A program made the position numbers and the translations under genes. From Octopus sinensis (lineage: Eukaryota): a stretch of 64,000 nucleotides of DNA. The DNA lies in NCBI RefSeq assembly GCF_006345805.1, contig NC_043006.1:65286001-65350000 (forward strand), read 5' to 3'. This document shows, piece by piece, positions 24,601-36,735 of the stretch (positions are counted from its first letter, which is position 1; each line of letters begins with the position of its first letter). The notes under the pieces are model-generated. The model worked only from the letters and a program-made list of their open reading frames with translations, did no database searches and was not told the origin of the DNA.

Positions 24601-25065
24601 CTATATATATATATATATATACTTGCACTATGACCCGGCAATCTACTTGCAAAACTTTAGTTGGCTTAGAGTAATAATAGAAGACACTTGTCCAAATTGT
24701 CACACAGTGGGACTGAACCTGAAACTACAATGCCGGGTCATAGTGCTAGTGCATGCATATACAGCTGCGTGCGTGCGCACATACATGCGAGTACTGTCCA
24801 AATCTCCGACCAATCACATACAGCTAGCTGGCATTCAATTGGCGTATCAAGTTTCGGGCATTTTGATTGAGTTTTGGATAGAAAATTCACAAAAAAGTCA
24901 CTTCTATTGATTTTTTTAATGGCTTTGCAGGGTGACTGGGGAAATGTAAAGATGTGCACGACCACCCTTGGACGGTTTTAAATGACCATAGAAAGTGCGA
25001 GCCCTCTAACTGAAAAATTGTGGATTTGTATAAAGGATACACACACACAGACAGACATTTTGCCG

Positions 25066-25099
<34 letters not shown>

Positions 25100-25102
<3 letters not shown>

Positions 25103-25525
25103 CGGGAAGGTTTACGAAAATAAACAAAAGACGAAGGCAGGTGGAGTACAAACAAACAAATGTATTAGTATGGCGCTCAGGAATAGAAATAGAACAAGTC
25201 TTTTACATCTCGAGCCTATGCTCTTCGACAGAAAGATACACAGAAAAAAAACAAGGAGAGAAACAAGGAGAGAAAAAAAATGCGTGTAGGAGCTAACGAT
25301 CTATCATGGCGTTCTGACTTCGGGCAGAGGTCAGACGCTAGAGGGTCAGTAGGGGAGATAACAGGGTCAAGTGACTTCCAAAACTATATATATATAGTTG
25401 GAATTTACAAAAAACAAAAGACGAAGACAGGTGTATAAACAACAAACAGGTGTATTAGTTTAATGCTTGGGAAGGTGAGAAAGTCTTTTATGTTTTGAGT
25501 CTACACTCTACAACAGATAGGAGCA
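25100..25525 (-). mobile_element. Two diverged Penelope-like terminal repeats, each with a hammerhead-like motif
   Basis: Related segments at ~25102-25235 and ~25397-25520 (AAACAAAAGACGAAG.CAGGTG...TGTATTAGT...AAGTCTTTTA); motifs at 25200-25235 and 25485-25520. Confidence 0.55.
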
Positions 25526-25840
25526 TGTGAAAATAAACAGAGAGAGAATAATAATAGCTGTAGTGGCTGGCAGTCAATCATGGTGAACCGTAAAATATTT
25601 CACAAACTGTTACTCAAGCTTTCACCTGAATGTTTGTCAGACATTTCTTTGGTGTTTGAGTGCTGTTTTTCCACCTTATTTTGCACCTATGTGCTTACTT
25701 GTGTGTGTGTGTATTATTTACACACATGCGCATTATTTACCTAATTAAAATTTAGAGACTTTGAAATTTTTCTATCCAAATGGTCCTTTTAACCTAATAT
25801 TTCTTACATGCTAATAATATATTTTCTTTTATTATTCTTT

Positions 25841-26038
25841 TTCTTTTACATGTTTTAGCCATTTGACTGTGGCCAATCTGGAGCACACCTTAAGTCACAC
25901 AAATTGACCCTAGGACTTATCCTTTGTAAGTTTAGTACTTATTCTATCAGTCATTTTTGCTGAACCGCTAAGTTACGGGGACGTAAACACACCAATATTG
26001 GTTGTCAAGCGATGGTAAGGGGACAAACACAGACACAG

Positions 26039-26082
<44 letters not shown>

Positions 26083-26275
26083 GTAAACAACATATATATA
26101 TATATATGTGTGTGTGACAGGCTTCTTCCAGTTTTCTGTCTAACAAATCCACACACAAGGCCTTGATTGGCCTAAAGCTATAGTAGAAGACACTTGCCCA
26201 AGGTATCACGCAATGGGACTGCACCCAGAACCATGTGGTTGGGAAGCAAGCTTCTTACCACACAACCACTCCTGC
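25841..26275 (-). mobile_element. tRNA-head SINE
   Basis: Reverse-complement match to 18476-18860. Confidence 0.82.
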
Positions 26276-26294
26276 ACTTATATATATCTATCTA

Positions 26295-26332
<38 letters not shown>

Positions 26333-29300
26333 TTTTCCATGCTTATATAGGTTGGATGGATTTCTACAACCAGATGCCCTTCATTTCACAAACCCTCACA
26401 TGTTTCCAAGCAAGGTAATATTTCCCCGTAATCTGATATGTTTTCACAGAAGATTGGGAACAAAGGACACAATCTGCATGATGGTGATGCTCATTTACAG
26501 CTATCACATGAGGTCATGGCAAAGAGACAGTAACACACATGCACACAAAACAGGTTTTTTTTAGTTCCCTCTGTTAAATCCACTCACAAAGCCTTGGTTA
26601 CCCTGAGGCTTATAATAGAAAACACTTGCGTCGGAATCATAGCCTTACCAGTGCCTATACATGCACTATACAAATTTTTTTTTATGTACTATAAATCCAA
26701 TTATATCTCATTAAGCTACAACACCGAGTAAGTTGCATGACCAATATCACAGATCTGTGCAATATATATGCTGTATATACACACACATTCTAGTAAGCAA
26801 GCAATGAAAAATGTCGCAATATAGTATATAAGCCCCAACAATGTTGTTTGCAATATACTGTAAAAACCCACGTTTTTACAGTATATTGCACTTTTTTGTG
26901 CAAATTACACGAGTAGATCGTTTCCAGAATTTGTTTTGAAATTTTTTTTGTTGTAAAAAAACATGCAAATTGTAAACATTTGTACTGGAATTTGACTCAG
27001 TGTCAGAATATGTTTTTACAGAAAAAATAATGGCTTAAATACGCATAATGAAGTTGACTTCTATTTATGCAGGACGGTATAATGCTTACTTTTCTGTATA
27101 AGTTTACTAGTTTTTCAAGTCTGATGTTCATGCTGGTAAGCACAATTCAGGCAATATTTTACATTGCTTGGAGTTTCTATCTATCACAATGGAGTACATA
27201 TTTAATTTCTCCTTCGCAGTAAATGATTCATAAGTTCCGCCCATACTGACAATAATGGTGATGATAAATTTTAAAGTTTGATTGACATTTTATAAGAGTG
27301 AAATGGATTAAAATTTCGATTCTCCGTATCAAAGGTCCCAACGAAAATAGGCGGCAAAGAATTCTGTTTACAGTCTGATTGGTCACCTTCCTCTGTTGGT
27401 TAAGTAAAGTGTCATCCAAGTTGATGTTTATTGGTAATTAAACTTAATTTGCAACGCCTGTGCATATTTATCAGCTTTGTTTTTGTTGGTAATTCTCATC
27501 AACAACTTTTCCTGTGAGAAGACATACAGCAGTATGCTAAAGATCGGACATAATCTCTTGTGGGCAAGAAATGTAAAATAAAGTTTATTATAAACAACAG
27601 CTTGTAATTTAATAGCTTTCAATGTGATACAGAAATTATTTTTATTTAATGAAAATTTAATAAAATCTAATCATAAGTAAGTGAAATTATGCTAAATACA
27701 ACTAAACTGAAAACCTTTTCCCCCTGGCTATATCAGCAATTCTGAAAACATGGGTGTGAATTTTACATGAGTAGAAGCTTTTTTTTAAACAAATTTTATC
27801 CTGAAAATCACCTGCGTAAATTATACAAGTGCACAAATTACATGGGTTTTTATGGTACATAGAATTCTACCAGTATCTATTTCACTACAAAATAGTCCAA
27901 TAATATACTGATTGTATAATTATGTATCATTTGGGTTATTAGTTATTGATTATCAGGCCTAAACACCTACCTGTCAACACAAGAGTGTTCCCTGAACATC
28001 CTTTTAATATTACAAAGGAAGAAATCAATATTACAGTTCCTCTATGATTGCCTTCCCTTCACTTACTTTGTCCAGTTCCTTTGTTTTCTATCAATTGTGA
28101 TCTCATGTCATCTTGTATTGTACTGATGACTAAAAAGGGCAGAATTATCACCATTATTCAAACTATGATTCAATAACTGCAAATACATCCACATGAAACC
28201 AATGGTATCATACTGACTGGTGTATATATTTATATATTCACTCACTTGTACCTTGAGGATACGCTCTGACACCTCATCACCAGCATCTTCTTCTCTCCTT
28301 TTCCAGCTGGGGTAGCCATGCATCTATTCAAAAGTGAGACACCAGTTCCTGTCCCTCAGTCATGCTCTTGCCTCTCAATACTTGCCATAAATCACCTCCC
28401 TCAATACTGCATCCTCACTTTGTCAAGAGATTAAGCTACTTGATGACCTCTCTAGTGCCACTGGTATGAAAAAGCACCCAGAACACTCTGTAAAGCGACT
28501 GGGATTAAGGAAGGGCATTCAGCCCAAAGCAGATATAAGGGCTTGACATAGCCCTTTGACCTGTTAGACCCTTTCAAACCATTCACTCTATACCAGCAAG
28601 GTATACAGACACTAAATGTATATAATCAAACATTGCACAGAAGGATGACAAAGGAAGAAATGGAAAATTTACACACAAGACACGGACATGCTCTTTCCTC
28701 ATCAGTTGTCTTCAAAAATCATCGCAATTTCACATCTTTTAAAATGATAATATTGTTAATTTTGGTGGCATCAACTGCAAAAAGCTGCTGAGAATAATGT
28801 GTGAATGTAAAGGATAGTGATGAAAACAAACATGACACAGGTAGTTGAGTTAGGTAGATATATTTCAATGAAGCAATTATTGAATTTGCTCGTAGAACTA
28901 GTCATGTACTAATTATATATATATTAGCCTGATTACGTATTACATTGATAATTTGCTGTGATTGAGAACACTCATCAAGCCAAGTGAAATCATAGTTGCA
29001 GTTGATGCTGGTGTCATGTAACTGGCATGTATAAAGCACCCATTACACACTTGGACTGGTTGGCATTAGGAAGGGCATCCAGTCAGACTGGAACTTGCTG
29101 GAACTTACTAGTTCCAGTCAAACAATCTAATACATGCCAGCATGGAAAACAGATGATAAATGATGATGGTGATGATGATGATATCCTGACATGCTTAAAT
29201 GTAAAAGTAACTAAGAAAATAAGAGGAGAAAGAGGAATGAAAAATAAGCCAGCCTGTAAAATGATTTCCATCAGAGGAAATGCAATTGTAACAGTGATCA

Positions 29301-29829
29301 GTTGCAAAAATGCCACAAACATTTTTCAAGCCCTCATAAATGTCTGGCAAGACAGTCAGAGTAAAGTTGTGAGAAGGAGTAGTTAACAAAAATGAGATAA
29401 AGTAGATTTGTGTCAGACGTGCCATAAATTATTTTGACACTTCATAATAGACTGTACTTTTGTGAATAGACAATAAAGGAATTTTGTGTATTCTTAAATG
29501 ACTGTTTAACAACATAATTGCCTTACATTTAAACATATGGTTCCAGATCAAATCATTTGCTAAGTTAAGTGGAACTCAGTTTGATATATTTATCATGTCT
29601 GTGTTTGTCCCCCAACCACTTGACAACCGGTACTGGTGTGTTTACATCCCCATAACTTAACGGTTCGGTAAAAGAGACCGACAGAATAAGTAACCAGGCT
29701 TTAAAAAAAGAAAACACTAGGCTCAATCATTTGACTGAAAATTCTTCAAGGCAGTGCCCCTGCTTGGCCACAACCTAATAACTGAAACAAGTGAAAGATA
29801 AAAGATATATATATATATATATTCTTATA

Positions 29830-30213
29830 TTCTTTTATTCATTTACTTGTTTCAGTCATTTCATTGTGGCCATGCTGGAGCACCGCCTTAGTCGAGCAAA
29901 TCAACCCCAAGACTTATTCTTTGTAAGCCTAGTACTTATTCCATCAATCTTTGTCAATCCACTAGGTTACAGGGACACACCAGCATCGGTTGTCAAGCGA
30001 TGTTGGGGGGAGGGGACAAATACACAAAAATATACACACACACAAACACACACATATATATATACAACAGGCTTCTTTCAGTTTCCATCTACCAAATCCA
30101 CTCACAAGACTTTGGTCAGCCCAAGGCGATAGTAGAAGACACTTGCCCAAGGTGTCAGTCTCAGAACCATGTGATTGGTAAGTAAGCTACTTACCACACA
30201 GCCACTCCTATGC
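29830..30213 (-). mobile_element. tRNA-head SINE
   Basis: Reverse-complement match to 18476-18860. Confidence 0.82.
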
Positions 30214-30859
30214 TTATATATCATCATCATCATCGTCATCATTGTTTAATGTCTGTTTTCCATGCTGGCATGGGTTAGACATGGTTTCTGTGGCTGGATG
30301 CCCTTCCTAATGCCAACTACTTAACAGAGTGTGCTGGGTGCTTTTTATGTGTGTGTGTCTGTGTAAGCATGGCTGTGTGGTAAGAAGTTTGCTTCCCAAC
30401 CACATGCTCTTGGAAAGCAGACATAAAATAATGGTGATGAGGTGTTTGTGCATGTACATTTTTTTGCGAAGACCTTTTGAGGCAAGTAAAATCAAAATCA
30501 CTGACATGGCCAATGACAATACTGCCCAATTGGCACTCGTGCCAGTGGAACGTTGAAAGCACCACCCAAGCATGATTGTTGCCAGGGCCGCTGACTGGCT
30601 CCCATGCAGGTAGCACGTAAAAAACACCTTTTGAGCATGGTCATTGTCAGAACCACCTGACTGGCCCTTGGGCTGGTGGTGCATAAAAGCACCCACTACA
30701 CTCTCGGAGTGGTTGGCATTAGGAAGGGCATTCAGTTGTAGAAACTTTGCCAGATCAGACTGGAGCCTGGTGCAGCCTTCTGGCTCACCAGTCCTCAGTT
30801 AAGCTGTCCAACCCATGCCAGCATGGAAAGCGGATTTTAAATGACGATGATGATCAGAG

Positions 30860-31560
30860 GAAGGTTAACAGGGAAGATAGTTTTTGTGTGTGGAAGGTGC
30901 ACAGGTACAATTAACACTAAAAATGCACAGAAAATAGATTCCATCACATGCCAGAGGTGGGGGTGACTAGAAGTAGTTGATAGCTTCTGTTACCTAGGTG
31001 ACCAAGTCAGTAGCAGGGGTGGATGCTCCAAGAGCATAGCTACTAGAATAAGAATAGGCTAGGTAAAGTTCAGAGAGTTCCTACCTCTGCTGGAAATAAA
31101 GGGCCTCTTTCTCAGAATGAAAGGCAGACTGTATGATGCCTGTGTGTGAACAGCCATGCTACATGGCAATGAAACATGGGCTGTGACTGCTGAGGACATG
31201 CATACACTTGAAAGAAATGAAGCTAGTATGTTTTGCAGGATGTGTAATGTCAGTGTGCATAAATGACAGGGTGTAAGCATCCAGAGAGAAAATTTGGGCA
31301 TAAGAAGCATCAGATGTGGTGTGCAAGAGAGACGACTGCACTGGTATGGTCATGTGATGCATATGGATGAGGACAGTTGTGTGAAGAAGTGTCATACTCT
31401 AATGGTGAAGGGAGCTTGTGGACGAGGTAGACCCAGGAAGACATTAGATGAGGTGGTGAAGCACAATCTTTGAATGTTGGACCTCACAGAGGCAATGACA
31501 AGTGACCAAGACCTTTGGTGATATGCCGTGCTTGAGAGGACCCATCAAGCCAAGTGAGAT
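30860..31560 (+). mobile_element. 5'-truncated RTE LINE fragment (RT C-terminal region)
   Basis: KIVFVCGRC, VDSFCYLGDQVSS, MLHGNETWAVTAED, RRLHWYGHV, GRGRPRK remnants with stops. Confidence 0.88.
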
Positions 31561-31739
31561 TATAGTTGTGGCTGATGCCGGTGTTGTGTAACTGGCCTGT
31601 TAAAAGCCAGTAACATGTAAAAACACATAAAAACATTAGTTGGTCAGGGTTAAAGTAGTAGACACTTGACCGAGGTGCCACAGAGTGAGACTGAATCCTG
31701 TGTGTGTTTATGAGTGAAACACTTAAGCTCCACATGGCT

Positions 31740-31890
31740 CTGGCAGAAGGTAATGGTGAACTTCTGCTGACTCTTTCACCACAACTTTCTCTCACTCTTT
31801 CCTCCTGCATCTAGCAGCTCACCTATGATGGACTGGCGTCCCGTCCAGGTGGGGAACCTATATGCCAAGGAAACTAGCCCTTATGAGCCA
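31740..31890 (+). mobile_element. CORE/V-like SINE 3' part (related copy at ~53630-53870, minus)
   Basis: GATGGACTGG(C/T)GTCCCGTCCAG...GGGGAAC shared by both loci; the 53.7-kb copy also has TTCTTGAGCAAAACACTT. Confidence 0.5.
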
Positions 31891-31936
31891 GGCAAGGAGC
31901 AAACAACATTGGTACTGACTATTATAAGGAAACACT

Positions 31937-32134
31937 GGCATAACTACAGATGTATACACCGCTGTCTTTGTTGCCTCATAACTTCCAGAAAATTTTTTTC
32001 CAACAAATCTTTACATACACCCAATCTACAGGATCTAAGCAATTGTTTGTTGAAAGTTTTGTTAAAAAGTATCCATTTTTCTGGAAGTTATGAGGCAACA
32101 AATTCAGGGGGAGGTATACATCTGTAGTTATGCC
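31937..32134. repeat. Fold-back/MITE-like element with ~57-bp inverted arms
   Basis: GGCATAACTACAGATGTATAC...TTTGTTGCCTCATAACTTCCAGAAAA (31937-31993) mirrored at 32076-32134. Confidence 0.85.
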
Positions 32135-32541
32135 GAAACACTAACACACTCCAACATCACTTCATCCTGAAGATGCGACTATAAGGCTATAGAAATGTTA
32201 AGGATCGATTCTGCTGTTCCGGACAAACTGCAAAGAACTCTTACAAAACCAAAAGAGAAATATTTTCATAAAAATATAGTACTAATAGAAAACAGTTGAA
32301 CTTTGGACACATGTATGTACACATTTATATGCATGTTGATGTGTATGTATTAACACATGCATGTATGTATACATGTGTATGTATCGTAATCTGTACCAAA
32401 ACAATCAAGAAAACTACTTAAGGAAGTACTCATGAGCAGTGTACTTATTCAGATATAGACCTTAGGTGGACCATCTTCAATCTTTCTCCCTCTCTCTTTA
32501 AATGCGTGTGTGTGTAGAAGGTTGGAAAGGAACACACGAGT

Positions 32542-32579
<38 letters not shown>

Positions 32580-32809
32580 TCATCATCATCATCATATATA
32601 TATATATATGGAAAAAAATTCAAGGTAGAAAATGCTAAAATAATTTTATAAAAAAATTTTCAGTACCGGTTTCAGTCATTGAGACTTCTTCAACTGTAAG
32701 CATGGAAAACAATAAATTTTGGAAAAGTTAAATGAAAAGTTTTTAAAAAGAATATTTGCATAGTATTTAAATACAAGGGGCATTTTCCTTGTTTCTGCCT
32801 GTCTCTGTC

Positions 32810-33075
32810 TCTCTTGGTTACACTTGTGGGTTCGAGATATATAGCGCAAGATCGAACAGAGGCGCCACTTCCTACAAACGGAACAGGTTTGTAGGAGTAT
32901 AACGAACACAAGAACTACTCAAGTCCAGAGTCAACTGTTTGCCTTCAGCCCCAACAAACCACCAGTGCCCGACCTGCAGCAGAACCTTCCAAGCACGCAA
33001 CGGACTAACACACCATGTCCTGTCTTTATCACCCGTGTAATGTCCTTGATCATCGTCGATAACGACGGACAACCT
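32810..33075 (+). mobile_element. 3' end of an RTE/BovB-like LINE (second RTE lineage)
   Basis: IAQDRTE, then CPTCSRTFQARNGLTHH (C2H2-like terminal motif of BovB-type RTEs), short 3' UTR and TAA/TA tail. Confidence 0.65.
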
Positions 33076-35052
33076 AATAATATATATATATATTTGTTTG
33101 TGAATGTGTGTATTAAAGCCCCCCCCCCCCCCGGTAAACACGCCGCTTTACATTTATTATATTCTTAGCATTAAGTTGTTCCATCAGTAATTGCTAACAT
33201 TATTATTCTTAAACTAGTTCAGAAATAATTTCAACACACACACATTACAAATAATTGTGTTATTAAACACGTTATTAGGTTACGTGGAAATAATCCAGTT
33301 TACCAACACACAATTATAACAGATTCTACCCATACGAAATATAGGTTTGTACTGGACACCTGGTGTTTTTGCAAGCACAAACAGATAATGTATTTTCTAC
33401 ATTATCGAACGTGTACATAGTTTTGTCTTTTAAGAAGGTAAGGTGTGATTTTATTTAAATCAGATCTTCCCATCTTAAATTTTTTTTAAAAAACAAAACA
33501 AAACGAAGTACACATCAGGTAATGTAGAAAATACAGATATGATAATAAAGTTGGAGAACGTATGTTTATCATACATCTGCTTTATTAGTTCTGATATGTG
33601 GCTAAAAAAACATCAACTTCAAGCCTCTCTAATATAACGACAGTCTCTACTGACCAAACAAGTCAGGGGTAACATATCTGACTGAATAAATTTACTCGTC
33701 TAGAATTCACACTCCATGCAAACGTTACTGAATTCCTTCAGCAGGACATTCGAAGAAAGGGGAAGATAACACCACAAGAAATACACATTGGAAAGCTGAT
33801 GGATGGAAGCGAAATTTGGGGGATTGCCCTTCGTACTACATGCGTCAGGCTGCCGCCGAAATATCGAGAATGTGTGCCAATTCTTGAAAGATATGTCATC
33901 TGCTACAGACTGGCATTCTATCCAAGAAAGATAATTGTACTTCATTCAATTAACGCATTAGAAATCGGAGTCAAGCACAGTGATTCAGAAGAATTAGAGA
34001 TATTTTTCGAAGGCGGCACCTTGCAAATTATGTAGCTGAAATACCAACATAGCGCGCTTGAACTAAATTCCTCGTATTGATTTCATTCAGGTTTTCAGAG
34101 CCATATTAATTTGCCATTAAAAGTAGCCTATTGGCACATGTGTGTGTGTGTGTGTATGTATGTATGTCTGTGTGCGTGTTTGTATATATACGCATCACTC
34201 GATATACGCTAGATTTTTGTCCGCTTACTGGACATGATCGACTCCAAGACTAAATATGATGATGTATAAATAGCTTGACAGACATCTTCAAAAGCTACAA
34301 AGGTGTGTAGCCTACGACACTTCACAACTTGTTACTAGTGGAATATTTGGGAATTCGATTAAAAGATGGAAGCAGGTGTGAATTTCCCCAAGAAGAAATT
34401 TTCGGCCGCAGATTGGTGCGATGCAATGATTACATACATAAATACATACATGCGTGTGTATTTCACGCGCAAATTTTCTTGCATACACATACAGTCACGT
34501 ATGAGTATGCACAGTAATTCCTTTTGAGAAAGCACAAGGACAATTCAATGAGGTGAATCCTTATCAATCGATTTCTGCCTATTATCGAACCTGGAAAGAT
34601 GAAACAGTCTACTCCGTTGCGATTTGAACTCGAGAGAGAGACAGACAGGCAGACAGAGAGAGAGAGCTAAACAAAGTAAAAGCATTTAGTCCGGTCCTCT
34701 ACAGGAATGAATGAATGGCGAATCCATCCATCCAATACACACACACACACGGACACAAAAGTGGCTTTTTGATGTTGTGACAAGACGTCAAAGAAAAATA
34801 TATTAGAGATAAAAGAAGAAACATCCAAGTAGAACATAGCTATTCGCCACAGAGAGAGGGAAAATGTCAAAGTACACGAGGTGAAATTAAAGCTGAAATC
34901 AGAAGCAACGGATAAATATCAGGAGCGAGCACTCAGACATACATACAATCGAAGTGGTTGGCTTGAAGATGATTGCATAGATATGTGTGTGTTTGTGTTG
35001 TTTTCCGTTTAATTTCACCTCACAACCGTACAGTATTTGACACACTGCTTAC

Positions 35053-35167
35053 CTGTTGTCGGTGAAGGAATAGATAAGTAGAGGTAGATGACCCAGAACA
35101 TGGACACGAAGCTCAGTATGACAATGATCCTCTTCCGACGGTAAAAACATCGTGAAAGAAACGCCAT
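35053..35167 (-). CDS. First coding exon of a host gene; predicted type II single-pass (Golgi/ER-type) membrane protein
   Basis: AAAA-ATG-G start context; MAFLSRCFYRRKRIIVILSFVSMFWVIYLYLSIPSPTT (basic tail plus ~19-residue hydrophobic helix); consensus donor CAG|GTAAGC, phase 1; non-repetitive, CpG-retaining context. Too short for the ORF track. Confidence 0.75.
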
Positions 35168-35200
35168 TTTTGAAACTAGTTGTCACGTGACTTTGGCGGT
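35161..35200 (-). promoter_or_regulatory. Palindromic E-box GTCACGTGAC (35182-35191) and YY1-like AAAATGGCG overlapping the start codon
   Basis: Motifs seen directly, 15 nt upstream of and across the ATG; function inferred. Confidence 0.5.
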
Positions 35201-36378
35201 GTTGTTGAGTGAGCGTGTGTTGCTGTTAGTTATCTCTTCTCTCATTCACCAGTGTGTGACAATGTAGTGATTATGTGTGTGTTCTAATAATTTGCAACAC
35301 GTATATGTCACTATATGTAGATATGTGTGTGTATCACTCTATGAGATTTGCATGTGTAGGCTTTTTAACGGTTGTTTGTCTCTGTATGTACGTGTGTGCG
35401 TACGTTATTGTATGTGATTAGTATGTGTAAGTTTTTTTTTAGCGGTGAGATGCATGTGTCACTATGTGTATTTCTACACACACACATAGTGACACATGTT
35501 TATACAATATTTACAGACCAACATTCACAGATAAACACATCTTATATACACACCAGTGTGTGTAAGATGTGCATAGAGTATGTGTGCATGGAGTAGGGTA
35601 TGTGTGTGTGTGTGTGACATGAGGTTATCTAAGTAATTTAGGGTCAGATGTTTTGATGTGCAACTATCTGCGCAAGGGCCTGCTGAAGGTGTCTGCAACT
35701 TGGGCAGTCATCTGGAGCACTTGATGCACTGGGGGTCCTGGGTAATGTGTTTAGAATATTTAAACTTAGAGATGCTATGAGAAAAATATGGAGATAATAA
35801 TAATCTTCATTCTCATCACATGGGTTGGACAGCTATTTTGAGGCAGAATTTCTACAAGATGCCATTCCTATTACCAACTTTACTTTGTTTGAAGCAAAGT
35901 AATATTGCTCCATGGCCAGACATGTTTTTGCAGAATATTGGAATTCATTTACAATAATCACTTGATGTCAAGGCAGGGTGACACAAACACACACACACAC
36001 GCATATATATATATACAACAGGCTTCTTTCTGTTTCTATCTACCAAATCCATTCAAGGCTATAGTAGAAAACACTTGCCACAAGGTGCCATGTGGTGAGT
36101 CTGAACCAGAAACCATGAAGTTTAGAAGCAAACTTCTTAGCCACACAGCCACTCCTGCACTTGTAAGACAATAAATATAATGTATTTTATTTTTACATTT
36201 AATAAAATGTGATATACATTTTATTAATACAATTGCAGTTTCTACTCCTTGTCAAAAACATTTATAAATTATGCATGTAAAGACACTAAAATTCAACTTG
36301 GCCTAGGGCGCCAGCAACCCTAGCAGTGGCCTTGTGTATCTATCTATCTATCTACCTATCTCTAATGTATAAATATAT

Positions 36379-36703
36379 ATTACGGAGATGTACTTGCATA
36401 GCAAGTGACTTGATCTGAGATCATGTTCTGAGACAAAAACAATTGCAGCATGGAAGGTGTTTAGAAGCCATTTAAAAACAGACAAAACCCATTAGATTCA
36501 CTTCAACATTTAAATTTAATTTGTCAAAATATTTTCATTGCTTTGAAACTGCAACCTGTTCACTGACAAAATTCCATGCTGCATCTGACAAAATTTGGGG
36601 TTTCAAAGCGATGAAAATATTTTGACATAGATTAAAATGTTGAAGTGAATCTAACAGTTTTTGTGTGTTTTCAAATGGCTTATAAACACCTTCCATGCTG
36701 CAA

Positions 36704-36705
<2 letters not shown>
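36379..36705. mobile_element. Fold-back MITE whose right arm abuts the LINE tail
   Basis: Arms ~36441-36550 / ~36600-36705; left end ATTACGGAGATGTACTTGCATAGCAAGT is the reverse complement of the end of a partial copy at 61985-62199. Confidence 0.8.

Positions 36706-36735
<30 letters not shown>

Noticed and set aside
28108-28330. Apparent minus-strand exon (MHGYPSWKRREEDAGDEVSERILKVQ|GTGAGT)
   Set aside because: Its 5' part matches a dispersed purine-rich repeat also at ~52420-52490, and the phase compatible with exon 1 hits a stop.
32156-32200. Additional hammerhead (CTGAAGA...GAAATGTT)
   Set aside because: Stem II does not pair convincingly; too decayed to call.
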